From positions 37,826 to 101,825 of the IMG/VR virus record IMGVR_UViG_3300008050_000025: a stretch of DNA of 64,000 nucleotides; one strand, written 5' to 3'. Each line of letters opens with the position of its first letter. The first letter of the stretch is position 1. Made by a program: the position numbers and the translations under genes. Below the pieces are notes generated by a model that worked only from the letters and a program-made list of their open reading frames with translations, made no database searches and was not told the origin of the DNA. The DNA comes from a virus. Of the stretch, positions 47,343-56,319 are shown in pieces.

Positions 47343-48328
47343 TACCTTGAACTCCTAGGCTCCTTGCCTTCATTGAAAATAGTATCCCAGCCCCAAGGAA
47401 AGTCAGTAGTGTCTCCGTGAAGGATACCGTGTGATTGACGGAACTCTTCCAGAGAAAGCTTGAGTCTAATGACTCTAGGGTAAAGCGATACGTGGTCTGT
47501 GCCTGAATCAGGACGGTACTCAATTCGGTAATCTTTCACGATACATGGAACGTGGTCATACACAGCGCCATACTTCAACAGAGCAATAGGGGGTCCATAC
47601 ATTGGAGAAGAGCCACTGCCCAACGAAGACCTAACAGACGAGATAACAATATTCACCAAATGACAAATGTACGCATACATGTCTGACTGCTTATATGATT
47701 CGGGGTCTGCTGCAAATGTGTACAGAGCTTGGTTTAAAGTATCCTCGGCAGGAATCTCAATGCTTTCTGATGTAGGATATCTTGGCCCTGCGTCCTTGTC
47801 TGAATCAATGACAACAACTCCAGCCGTCTGACCGCTGGATGTTCTGATTGAAGTGTTTATGGTGCTGTCAGAAATCTTAAAGTCATCTCTAACAATGTCC
47901 ACCATACGCGCTCTTGTCTTCTCCACATCTCTTTGCACATCCTTGGCAAAGGTCCCAAGCCTGTTTCCTAGAATGTACAAGATGTGAGGAAGCGTTAGCA
48001 GGAGTTCAAGGCTGAACTTTCTAGGCTCTGCTCCGGTAAACATCCTAACTGATTCGTTTCTCATAAGGATGTGGTTCTCTGCGTAACGTGCTTCGCCATG
48101 CTCCTTAATAGCAGGGTCCTCAAAGAAAGGAAGTCTGCGAGAAGTAATTGGGTTCTGCTGCTCACCTGCGTACAAACCTTCACTAGCAGGAGCGCCATAC
48201 CTAAATTCTAGGTATCCACGTTCCTCCAAGGCTTTGTTCATCCTTGTGGTGAAAAGTACATCTTCTCTGCTAGGAGTTAGGAACCCCGTAACAAAGTCGA
48301 TACCCTGATTGTAGATTGGATTTGGCAT
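47342..48328 (-). CDS. Putative tail tube initiator (gp48/gp54-like)
   Basis: R.E....F.GAEPRKFSL, PPIALLKYG..Y..VPCIVKDY.I and PR...KLSLEE motifs; lies between tape measure and gp53-like genes. Confidence 0.65.
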   Translation of the reverse strand: MPNPIYNQGIDFVTGFLTPSREDVLFTTRMNKALEERGYLEFRYGAPASEGLYAGEQQNPITSRRLPFFEDPAIKEHGEARYAENHILMRNESVRMFTGAEPRKFSLELLLTLPHILYILGNRLGTFAKDVQRDVEKTRARMVDIVRDDFKISDSTINTSIRTSSGQTAGVVVIDSDKDAGPRYPTSESIEIPAEDTLNQALYTFAADPESYKQSDMYAYICHLVNIVISSVRSSLGSGSSPMYGPPIALLKYGAVYDHVPCIVKDYRIEYRPDSGTDHVSLYPRVIRLKLSLEEFRQSHGILHGDTTDFPWGWDTIFNEGKEPRSSR

Positions 48329-48349
48329 TGTTTGAGTGTCTCAGGTATT

Positions 48350-50038
48350 TTAGAAACCTGTCCTTCGGGGGTAAGCAATCATTGTTCCGTTGTCATCATA
48401 ACCAATCCCCGCAGCCCTATTTAGTGCTGCGCGATATACGGACAATTGTTCTTGGCTAGTTTTGGCAATCTTTTCTAAAGCAAGAAGTATGGCCCTTTGG
48501 TCATCTCCTGCCTTAGCGAGCGCCTGAGCATCGGCAACAGTATCAATAGCCCCAGCCCTGCTAAGATAATCCATCATGCGTTGATTTTGTGTCCCTATCT
48601 GGTCGGTTCCAAACAAAGAATCCGTAGCTCTCCCAATGCCTAACGTTTCACTTAGTTGTCCTGAACGGGCTAATGTGTCCGCGTCCCACCCCCCGATTGC
48701 TTGCCAAGTAGAAATGTCGCCCTTGGCAAGGTCCATTATTCCCCTCCAGTTTTCGGGGGCAAAGATATCCTCCATACGTCCAGCCGCTGATTTCAACGCG
48801 TCGGCAGCAGGTTGCACATGGTCCATAGCTACGGATTTAAAGGATAAGTACGCATCATTAGCAATATCAAATGATTCAGGCATCTTCTCAATAAGGATAC
48901 CTGTCATCTTATTATAAAAATCACTGATGCCTGTGAAGAATTTCTCAGCCATATCTGACAAGGAGGTGTCGGTAATGTTAAAAGATTTCTTAAAGTTATC
49001 AATTCCTTCCTTGACGAAGTTGGAAGAATCTCTTGTAATACTTGTAATAAATGTTACGTACTCAATACCAAGTCCAATGAACTCAGCTTGAATCGTAGCA
49101 ATCATCGTGTTCCACGCACGAACAAAGTCAAGACGTTGTTGTGTTGAAACGATGGAATCAAACCCATTACCACCAAGATTAGAGTCAAACAGATTATTTT
49201 CTCTGTTCCTCTTAGCCAAAGCTAACAGTTGCTGGGAGATACCGTAGTGGTTAGCCGCGACATCGGCCATAAAGGAAATATCTCCGCCACCTAATACTTT
49301 ATCAAATCTGTCGGCAATGTTATCCAACAGACGGCTTGCTGCATCTCGGTATCCGATAGCTCCACGGTCGCCCAAACCACCTGTGCCCCCTAATTTAATA
49401 GCAGTAGTAAACTCTTTAGCTGTGGAACCAGCAACCAACCCCATAAGTTCCTGAACAGCGCCTTGGAACTGAACGCCACCTGCGGCTGTCATGTATGCAA
49501 GAGCAGACTGGAAACCTTTCGACGCTCCTGCGCCGTATTGGTTAGAAATCTTATTGCTGGTCTCGGCGGAACTCTTTACGGCTTGAGCTATAAAGTTGGA
49601 ATCAATGTGAAACCTACTACCAAGAGTCACCATCTCTCTAACAAGTCTGTCAGAGGCATTAAGGTTCATCCCTAGGATTTCAGTGTTGAACGCAAGGCTC
49701 TCAGCGAACAACTTCTCGCTCAAACCAAGCTTGGTAATCCCGGTGAGCGTGTTCTTGGCTCCTGCTTTGTAGTCCCTAAAGCCTACTTTAATAGCAGTGC
49801 CGACCTGGGCAAATGATTCCCCAAGCGTGAGACCTGATTGCCTCATTTGACGGGCTAGGCTTTCCCCGCCCTTATCTAATAGGAGCTGTTGCTTTCCAAC
49901 ACGAACCATCTCTGTCCATGTTGAAAGTAGGTTGTCGGAACCTTTATCCCACCTGTCACCGAAGTTACGAGCTTCACCCGTAGCCTTTCGGATAGCCGCA
50001 GTTAATGCTCCTATGTCTTCCCTAATATCATCAGCCAT
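48350..50038 (-). CDS. Putative tape measure protein
   Basis: 562-aa Ala/Gly-rich helical protein upstream of the baseplate genes; similar in length to T4 gp29. Confidence 0.6.
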   Translation of the reverse strand: MADDIREDIGALTAAIRKATGEARNFGDRWDKGSDNLLSTWTEMVRVGKQQLLLDKGGESLARQMRQSGLTLGESFAQVGTAIKVGFRDYKAGAKNTLTGITKLGLSEKLFAESLAFNTEILGMNLNASDRLVREMVTLGSRFHIDSNFIAQAVKSSAETSNKISNQYGAGASKGFQSALAYMTAAGGVQFQGAVQELMGLVAGSTAKEFTTAIKLGGTGGLGDRGAIGYRDAASRLLDNIADRFDKVLGGGDISFMADVAANHYGISQQLLALAKRNRENNLFDSNLGGNGFDSIVSTQQRLDFVRAWNTMIATIQAEFIGLGIEYVTFITSITRDSSNFVKEGIDNFKKSFNITDTSLSDMAEKFFTGISDFYNKMTGILIEKMPESFDIANDAYLSFKSVAMDHVQPAADALKSAAGRMEDIFAPENWRGIMDLAKGDISTWQAIGGWDADTLARSGQLSETLGIGRATDSLFGTDQIGTQNQRMMDYLSRAGAIDTVADAQALAKAGDDQRAILLALEKIAKTSQEQLSVYRAALNRAAGIGYDDNGTMIAYPRRTGF

Positions 50039-50496
50039 TATAATTGCTCAAGGTACTTCTGTACGCTCACAGGCTGTAGACCCCGAAGTTTTCTAGTATC
50101 GTACACCCTGTACATGATATTTAGGAACGCTAACTTCTTTGCTTCGCCTGTAGGTATGTAGGGTTGACCTCCAAATCTCATCAAGAGGTACTTCCTTGTG
50201 CTGGGAGTGACTAGTCCCAAGTTTATAGCTGCGAGGTACGTGTCTCCTTTTGCTCTTGAAGTGTCAGAGGGAGGATATCGAAAATAGGGACCGCCTCTAG
50301 CCCTTCCTACAAGCATGACCAGCGGATATACATCTGTGGCTGTCTTGCTCCTGTAGTGGAACGTGTATACCGAGGTTCCCTTGATTCTACTTATGTGACG
50401 TGCTCTAAAGGACTTACCTTTGAACGCCAACGATTCTTCGACTAGGCTCTGCTCTCGCTCAGAAGTTAAGTAGTCTTTTTGGGTAATATTGTCCAT
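50038..50496 (-). CDS. DNA end protector-like protein (T4 gp2-like)
   Basis: YTFHY.SK...D.YPLV, INL and YRVY motifs. Confidence 0.55.
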   Translation of the reverse strand: MDNITQKDYLTSEREQSLVEESLAFKGKSFRARHISRIKGTSVYTFHYRSKTATDVYPLVMLVGRARGGPYFRYPPSDTSRAKGDTYLAAINLGLVTPSTRKYLLMRFGGQPYIPTGEAKKLAFLNIMYRVYDTRKLRGLQPVSVQKYLEQL

Positions 50497-50524
50497 TATC
50501 TCTACAGTTCTACTGTAATAATAG

Positions 50525-50530
50525 TATTTA
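50525..50530 (-). promoter_or_regulatory. Putative late promoter TAAATA heading the tail/baseplate operon
   Basis: GTAAATACT in the intergenic region upstream of the gp2-like gene. Confidence 0.65.
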
Positions 50531-50604
50531 CTGTAGAAGTTAAAGAAAAGACTCTGGAGGCGGAGCCAAAAGAGTCTAAGTGAGAATAGATAAGATAGAA
50601 AAAA

Positions 50605-50877
50605 ATGAACGACCTATCCTCAGAAACCAAAGAACTGTTTGAGCAGATTGCGTATGGTCTATCCCTTGAATTCAGGGAAAAGTGGAAGCACAGATACGGA
50701 ACCCATCTAATCCTGATTTTCCAGGAGAGGATACTGAACTGTCTGGAGACACAAAAACCAATCGCTAAAGAGACCCTCCTCCAGACCATGTGCAGGAAGC
50801 ACAAATACAACCAGAGTATTATTGAAGATTTCTTTAGCGAAATAGATATTGGACTCTACAAGCCCTTGATTAAGTAG
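50605..50877 (+). CDS. Hypothetical protein
   Basis: 90-aa ORF with an A-rich upstream region; fills the gap between two minus-strand genes. Confidence 0.65.
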   Translation: MNDLSSETKELFEQIAYGLSLEFREKWKHRYGTHLILIFQERILNCLETQKPIAKETLLQTMCRKHKYNQSIIEDFFSEIDIGLYKPLIK

Positions 50878-51718
50878 ACTTCTTTTTAGCGTCCTGCTCA
50901 GCGTAGTAGGCCTTTCGCGCTTCTTTAGCTTCCTCAATCATTTGGGCTTTGCACTCAAACTCCTTGTCGATTGCAGCTTGGCTATTATGAGCAGGACATA
51001 TCCCACGCATGTCACACCAGTCGCAGAACTTATTAATCCTAGGCTTGAACTCATCAGTCTTCAACTTACGAATCGACCAGACTTCGTTCTTGAGTTTACG
51101 TTGAACGTATTGTTCTACCTTAGCTCCAGGAATCCTTACGGACACTAGCTTGTTCTGGACAGGATACCAGTGAGCCATCGTAATCTTATTGTACGGAATA
51201 TTGTACATGTGGTGTACAGCGAATGTGTACATGAGCATTTGTGGGTCTGAGTAAAGCTCTGTAGGAGTTTTCATCCTCTTGCTTGTTTTATAGTCGATGA
51301 CCAAATATCCGCCATCTTCACCTATTATAACACGGTCGATGATACCGTTGATGCTGAACGAGTCAGCCTCTACCTTGAAGCTATCCTCGGCTCCTACGGT
51401 CTTACTTAAGGCCTTGTTGAACGTGAAGAAGTTACTGATGCAGTTGGCAATCTTCTTCTTTCCATATCCTTTAGGACCCGATGTAGCAAACTCATACTTC
51501 GGTTTAATCTCTTCTGCAATCTCAAACAACTCCTCAACAGTTTCGCACTCAAAACCTAGTTCAAAGATTCTGTGAATGTACGAACCAAACTGTAGCGCAT
51601 CCGTGCTCTGTTTGTCGTTGAAGACTCCTGGTAGTTTTCTCACGTATTTGCAGTGATACTTGAAAGGGCACTCGTTAAAAGTGTTGATTTTTGTTGGGCT
51701 TACGGTTTTTATATACAT
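50870..51718 (-). CDS. PD-(D/E)XK exonuclease with Fe-S staple (Cas4/RecB/AddB-like)
   Basis: SPTKI..F.ECP, FGS.IH, GIIDRV, IDYKT, Q...Y and CDWC.....C motifs. Start MYIKTV has GGAGG 7 nt upstream. Confidence 0.9.
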   Translation of the reverse strand: MYIKTVSPTKINTFNECPFKYHCKYVRKLPGVFNDKQSTDALQFGSYIHRIFELGFECETVEELFEIAEEIKPKYEFATSGPKGYGKKKIANCISNFFTFNKALSKTVGAEDSFKVEADSFSINGIIDRVIIGEDGGYLVIDYKTSKRMKTPTELYSDPQMLMYTFAVHHMYNIPYNKITMAHWYPVQNKLVSVRIPGAKVEQYVQRKLKNEVWSIRKLKTDEFKPRINKFCDWCDMRGICPAHNSQAAIDKEFECKAQMIEEAKEARKAYYAEQDAKKKST

Positions 51719-52700
51719 GTATGTACCTCCTACAGTTATTATAGAGTATCTGCACTCTAAATTCTCTGACTTCTCTGAGACCAGCAGTGAGTTCGTCATT
51801 AACTCCATCTTTGAGCCTGACGACCGGAAGAAGATGAGCATCAACCTGGAGACTGGTCTATGGCAGGATTTTAAGTCTGGGGAGAAGGGCAACTTCTTCC
51901 ACCTAGTCAGCTTCGTAGAACATATTTCGTACAAGGCTGCGACGCTGTTCGTGGCCAAGAAGCTTCTCAACACTCCCGACCTTTTATTCTTTAGGTCTGA
52001 CGTTGAGCAGCGAGGGGTGAACCTTTCTAAGAAGACCGCTTCCCTAGACCATTACAAGGATACGTTTGTCCCAGTGTTTGGAACTGCTCCAGGATACACC
52101 GAGCATTTCCCTGAGAAGCTAGCATACGAGTTCGTTAAGGAGAGGGGTTTAGAGAAGTTCAAGTTCTACGTTGGAGTAGAGGGGGCCTTTGTAAATCGCA
52201 TCATCATCCCTTATGAAGATGAGAGTGGTCTGTTCTTCTTTCAGGGTCGTGCCCTCTTTAATAGCAAGATGAAGTATAAGAATCCTCACAAAGAGGAAAG
52301 TACTTTAAAAGCGTCAACTGTTCTGCTACCTTTCTCCAAAGAGGCTGACTACGTGTTTGTAACCGAGGGGCCTATTGACGCTCTTAGTTTGAAGGCACAC
52401 GGCATTAATGCTACGTGCGCTAACGGAAGTATTATCTCCTACGAGCAAGCAAAGATGCTTAAAGGTAAAACGGTAGTTATGTCTTTTGACAATGACGACG
52501 CAGGCAAGAAGGGGACGAAAACTTCCGTTAAGATTCTTCGTAACGTAGGAGTAGAAACAATCTGGTACTGCAACCCCCCAAAGCCTTATAAGGATTGGAA
52601 TGAGATGCACGTCGAGGCTCCTGCTGAATTACAGGCCCACGTTAGGGGCAGCATTCGCAAGTCTACCGTTCTCTATAGGATTACCTCAGAACTACTATAA
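51717..52700 (+). CDS. DNA primase (DnaG/gp61-like TOPRIM)
   Basis: NRIIIP, FQGRA, KYKN, VTEGPIDA, FDNDDAG and KDWNE motifs. Confidence 0.92.
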   Translation: MYVPPTVIIEYLHSKFSDFSETSSEFVINSIFEPDDRKKMSINLETGLWQDFKSGEKGNFFHLVSFVEHISYKAATLFVAKKLLNTPDLLFFRSDVEQRGVNLSKKTASLDHYKDTFVPVFGTAPGYTEHFPEKLAYEFVKERGLEKFKFYVGVEGAFVNRIIIPYEDESGLFFFQGRALFNSKMKYKNPHKEESTLKASTVLLPFSKEADYVFVTEGPIDALSLKAHGINATCANGSIISYEQAKMLKGKTVVMSFDNDDAGKKGTKTSVKILRNVGVETIWYCNPPKPYKDWNEMHVEAPAELQAHVRGSIRKSTVLYRITSELL

Positions 52701-53676
52701 ACCTTTGGCTTAGGATAGTTTCTGTTAGCAAGGTGAACTTAAGCTGAATCTCATACTTGCCTGACACAAGGCCGTAGCCTTCCGTAGCGTTTGCAATAGC
52801 TGTAAGTGCTGCGGTGTCCCACAGGAACATAACATCATCATGGGACGTTACTCTTGTCGATGCAGCGGTGTCTGCAAAGCCTGACACTTCGTATCTTGAA
52901 TCAAGGTTAGACTCTTCATTCAGCTTTACGATACGTACCTGGGCATCACGAATAACTGAGTCTCGGAAGATGTTCTTCTCCGCCAAGGACATGTTCTTGT
53001 TGGCTAGGCCAAGGTTCACGCCAAAGACTAAGTTCTCCTCGGAACCTATTTGGACATATCGGTTTCTCATCTTGACTGATGGGACGATATCGAGAGGCTC
53101 AGTAAACGTCACTACTGAGTCTTGGGACAGGCTAAACGTATGGACATATGTTACGAGGCTCCCGGTTTCCGTATTACGTAAAGTCCAAATATCGAAATAG
53201 TTTCCTACCTGTAAACCACTTGCAGCAATTGTCTTAGATGACCCGTCTTCCTCAGTGCCAGAGATTCCAGGTCGAAGGACAACAGAGAACACACCTTCAT
53301 CATAATTGTCAGCCCTGTAGACCCCGCTAGCAGCGGAAGCGTCCAGGGAATACCCAGAGTTGTCATAGCTTGTGCTGGTTACCAAAGTGTCCGGTGCTGC
53401 AAACCTAAAGATGGAATCATCGTACATTGACGACGCTACCAATCCGTACCTGACAGATGAGCCTTGGAGGTCCAAGAGGTTCTCAGGAAGGCCATTGGTA
53501 ATGTAAGGGAACTCAGTACTTGAAGAGGTTGTATCTTTGAAGATATGAACGGAAGATACTTCATACGGGTCGGAATACCCTCCTCCCACAACGTAGTGCA
53601 TCTGTAGCTCTACTCTCTCTTCCGTGGCTGGCCTATTATGCCTAGGGACTACAGTGATTGAATTTAGTTGTGACAT
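52681..53676 (-). CDS. Hypothetical protein, probably virion structural
   Basis: 331-aa beta-rich, Ser/Thr-rich ORF with TAAATA immediately upstream. Confidence 0.65.
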   Translation of the reverse strand: MSQLNSITVVPRHNRPATEERVELQMHYVVGGGYSDPYEVSSVHIFKDTTSSSTEFPYITNGLPENLLDLQGSSVRYGLVASSMYDDSIFRFAAPDTLVTSTSYDNSGYSLDASAASGVYRADNYDEGVFSVVLRPGISGTEEDGSSKTIAASGLQVGNYFDIWTLRNTETGSLVTYVHTFSLSQDSVVTFTEPLDIVPSVKMRNRYVQIGSEENLVFGVNLGLANKNMSLAEKNIFRDSVIRDAQVRIVKLNEESNLDSRYEVSGFADTAASTRVTSHDDVMFLWDTAALTAIANATEGYGLVSGKYEIQLKFTLLTETILSQRFIVVLR

Positions 53677-53683
53677 ACTGTAT

Positions 53684-53689
53684 TATTTA
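53684..53689 (-). promoter_or_regulatory. Putative late promoter TAAATA upstream of the 331-aa gene
   Basis: GTAAATAAT overlapping the upstream stop codon. Confidence 0.5.
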
Positions 53690-53857
53690 CTCCTTTGGAC
53701 GAACCTCCTCAAGGAGTTCTTTATACACCTTTAACAGGACCTCCCTGTCCCGAAAGGTCAAGGAGGAATACAGACTATGGCTGATTCCCTGATACTCAAA
53801 CAAACTAGCCTCCCTCAGGAGGTTTTCGGCTGTCAGCCGTGCGACTAGTTCGGAGTA
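53687..53857 (-). CDS. gp51-like C-terminal module, probably expressed by -1 frameshift from the upstream gene
   Basis: ATG-less frame YSELVARLTAENLLRE...SLTFRDREVLL, in the -1 frame directly after T TTT TTT. Confidence 0.6.
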   Translation of the reverse strand, partial: YSELVARLTAENLLREASLFEYQGISHSLYSSLTFRDREVLLKVYKELLEEVRPKE

Positions 53858-54702
53858 AAAAAATCCTTGCTCAATCCTAGAGCAATTTGATTGTCTTGGT
53901 GACAAGCGTTGCACTGGAAGATTACCATCTTCTCCATCCCATAATCGCTGCCATACACAGAGTTGTGAACTGTATCAACATCTCTCAAAGTGGTTCCTTG
54001 CAAGAACGCAAAGATGATTTTGCTGTCAGTTACTTCATCAACAGATAGGATGAATCGGTGAAGATTCATATACATGTCGTTAATGCTTCCTGTGTGCATT
54101 TCGTCCTTTACTGCGGGATGCCTTGCGACAACAGTAGTTTCAGAGTCTGGGAGCTTTAGAGTGATGGTGTTGAGATTTTCCTGGGCGTACTTCACAGGCA
54201 GGGTCTCAAGGTCAATTTGGAGCTTGTTAATCTTTCCACACTCCTTATTGGTGCAGGTGCTTTCCATTGGATAGATGTTACCCCAGGTAAGTTCTCGCAG
54301 TTTAAACAGGAGGTAGTCTCGGTCAGGAAGGGTTAAATACTCCCCAGGAACTCCTTCAACGCAGCGGCTAATAACCTGAGAGATTCCTGCTGTAACGTCG
54401 CCTTGGAGGTTCTTTAGGTCAAGCTCGTCTTGGAAATTGAATGGTCTGATTTTGACCGTAGCCACTCCATTGTATGCGTGTCCCCCGGATGGGAGGTTTA
54501 CGCTGACCCATTCTTTCTTACCCTGTACCTTTGCTAAGAGATTGGTTAAAATGTCACTATCCACATTGGTCTGTGGCGCATCAATAGTTTCGGAAGCTTT
54601 CACAGACTCTAGCATCTTTTCCTTATTCAAGACAGGGGGCGCATCCATAGGTTTAAAGTCGCCTGATTGGGCCATATCCATAATACTTTGGTCTTTTTCC
54701 AT
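53845..54702 (-). CDS. Baseplate hub / tail assembly chaperone (T4 gp26-like)
   Basis: VNLPSGG, IRPF...E, L...DRDYLL..LR, CTNKECG, LPDS, CNAC and terminal FF motifs. Confidence 0.85.
   Translation of the reverse strand: MEKDQSIMDMAQSGDFKPMDAPPVLNKEKMLESVKASETIDAPQTNVDSDILTNLLAKVQGKKEWVSVNLPSGGHAYNGVATVKIRPFNFQDELDLKNLQGDVTAGISQVISRCVEGVPGEYLTLPDRDYLLFKLRELTWGNIYPMESTCTNKECGKINKLQIDLETLPVKYAQENLNTITLKLPDSETTVVARHPAVKDEMHTGSINDMYMNLHRFILSVDEVTDSKIIFAFLQGTTLRDVDTVHNSVYGSDYGMEKMVIFQCNACHQDNQIALGLSKDFFTPN
53857..53863 (-). other. Putative -1 ribosomal frameshift slippery heptamer T TTT TTT
   Basis: In-frame X XXY YYZ heptamer (GAT TTT TTT ACT) ending three codons before the gp26-like stop. Confidence 0.6.
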
Positions 54703-54743
54703 CGAGATATCTATTATGTTTGTGGGAGAATGTACATATTTAG

Positions 54744-56096
54744 GTGCGATTTGTAATAACCAACACACGAACACAGCTTATAACCAAGAACCAGCATCTA
54801 TTTGGAATCTTGTTAAAGAAGTATACAAGGAAGGTTCAAGGGTATTTCCACTCCAAGCTGTATAAGCAAGGGAAGTGGGACGGTGGGAAGAAGTTCTTTT
54901 CACTGACAGGCAGGTTTGACACAGGACTATTGCCTTTTATACAAGCAGACCTAGACAGGGCTGGGCTACCTTATGAAGTGGAGGATAAGCGGGAATTCTT
55001 TGAGATGGGAAGTCCTGACGTGGAAGGTCTTACTTTGAGAGATTACCAAGAAGAGTTTGTAGAGTCAGCTTTGAAGCAAAGGCGTTGCATTATTAAAGCT
55101 CCAACAGCGGCTGGAAAAACTGCAATCATGATATCCATCCTCAAGGCAATCGGAGATAGGAAAGGGATTCTCTTCTTTTCCAAGAAATCCATCTTGGAGC
55201 AGACGTATAACGACCTTGTGAAGTTTGGCTTTGACCCTGGCGTTTGTTTCGGTGAAGGTTACATCCTGAAAGATATGATGCTTTGCACTATTCAGTCGGT
55301 AGAGAAGATTATGGCCTCCCACTTGAAGACTGCGGAATACATCATGTTTGATGAGATTCAAGAGTTCTCAAATGGTAAGCTAGGGGTCGCCTGTATGACA
55401 TCCTTTCCAAAGGCATCTGTTAGGATTGGCCTAACAGCGACCGTGCCAACCGATGACATCCCAAAGATGAATGCTATTGGAGGTTTGGGTCCTGTGCTGG
55501 AGAAGGTGTCGGTTACAGAATTGATTGAGGACAAGTGGCTAACTCCTCCAGTAATCACAATGATTAACAGAGAGAATGCTATGGAGGAAGATGATACCAA
55601 GATTTCCTACGTAGACAGTTACAACAAGTTCATCGTAAACAATGATTTGCGCAACTCAATGATTAGGTTGCTGACAGAACAGTTTGCGCAGGGGGAGCAC
55701 AGCAAGACACTAATTCTTGTGAAGAGTCTTGAACATGCAAAGGTGCTACATGAACTGTTGCCTGACTCAATCATGTGTCAAGGCTCCGACCCTTTATCAG
55801 TTAGGAACAAGGCCATCAAAGAATTCAAGAGTCGTACTCATGGAATTCTCATTGGAACAGTTATCTTCCAAACAGGTGTAAACATTCCAGAGATTACACA
55901 TTACATCAACGCCCGTGGGTTGAAGTCAGAGATTGCAACCATTCAAGCACTAGGCAGAGCCTTGAGATTGCATGAAACAAAGAAGGAAGTTTACATATAT
56001 GATTTCCTAGATAAAGAGAGATATCTTGGCAAACACGCCAAGGCTAGAAGAACGTCATACAAGAAACTGGGACTAGAGGTAAAGATACATGGATAA
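54744..56096 (+). CDS. uvsW: SF2 DNA helicase (T4 UvsW-like)
   Basis: WDG, LRDYQ, PTAAGKT, DEIQ, GLTAT, TGVNIP and QALGRALR motifs. Confidence 0.9.
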   Translation: MRFVITNTRTQLITKNQHLFGILLKKYTRKVQGYFHSKLYKQGKWDGGKKFFSLTGRFDTGLLPFIQADLDRAGLPYEVEDKREFFEMGSPDVEGLTLRDYQEEFVESALKQRRCIIKAPTAAGKTAIMISILKAIGDRKGILFFSKKSILEQTYNDLVKFGFDPGVCFGEGYILKDMMLCTIQSVEKIMASHLKTAEYIMFDEIQEFSNGKLGVACMTSFPKASVRIGLTATVPTDDIPKMNAIGGLGPVLEKVSVTELIEDKWLTPPVITMINRENAMEEDDTKISYVDSYNKFIVNNDLRNSMIRLLTEQFAQGEHSKTLILVKSLEHAKVLHELLPDSIMCQGSDPLSVRNKAIKEFKSRTHGILIGTVIFQTGVNIPEITHYINARGLKSEIATIQALGRALRLHETKKEVYIYDFLDKERYLGKHAKARRTSYKKLGLEVKIHG

Positions 56097-56319
56097 GGAA
56101 ACGGAAAGAGTAAAGAGGGCGAATACGCTAAGCATGGATGACGTGGAAAGTATGAAACACTTGCTTGAGTCCCTGTTGCGTGATTTCAAGGAAGGAAGTG
56201 AAATTAATGAGGACAGCATTGCATCCATGGATAATGCTATCCTTGAGTTGCTACAAATGCGAAAGAGACATGTAGCATTCTACATGTCTCTTTTGAAGCA
56301 AGGCTACCTTGAAGGTTAG
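56089..56319 (+). CDS. Hypothetical protein
   Basis: 76-aa helical ORF overlapping the helicase stop. Confidence 0.65.
   Translation: MDKETERVKRANTLSMDDVESMKHLLESLLRDFKEGSEINEDSIASMDNAILELLQMRKRHVAFYMSLLKQGYLEG

Noticed and set aside
50870-51718. Cas4-like nuclease as evidence of a CRISPR-Cas system
   Set aside because: No repeat-spacer array or other cas genes are visible; solo Cas4/RecB-like nucleases are common in phages.
51719-51973. 85-aa N-terminal extension of the nuclease in the ORF track
   Set aside because: It is antisense to the primase coding region, and the ATG at 51718 has a good Shine-Dalgarno and sits just before the first conserved motif.
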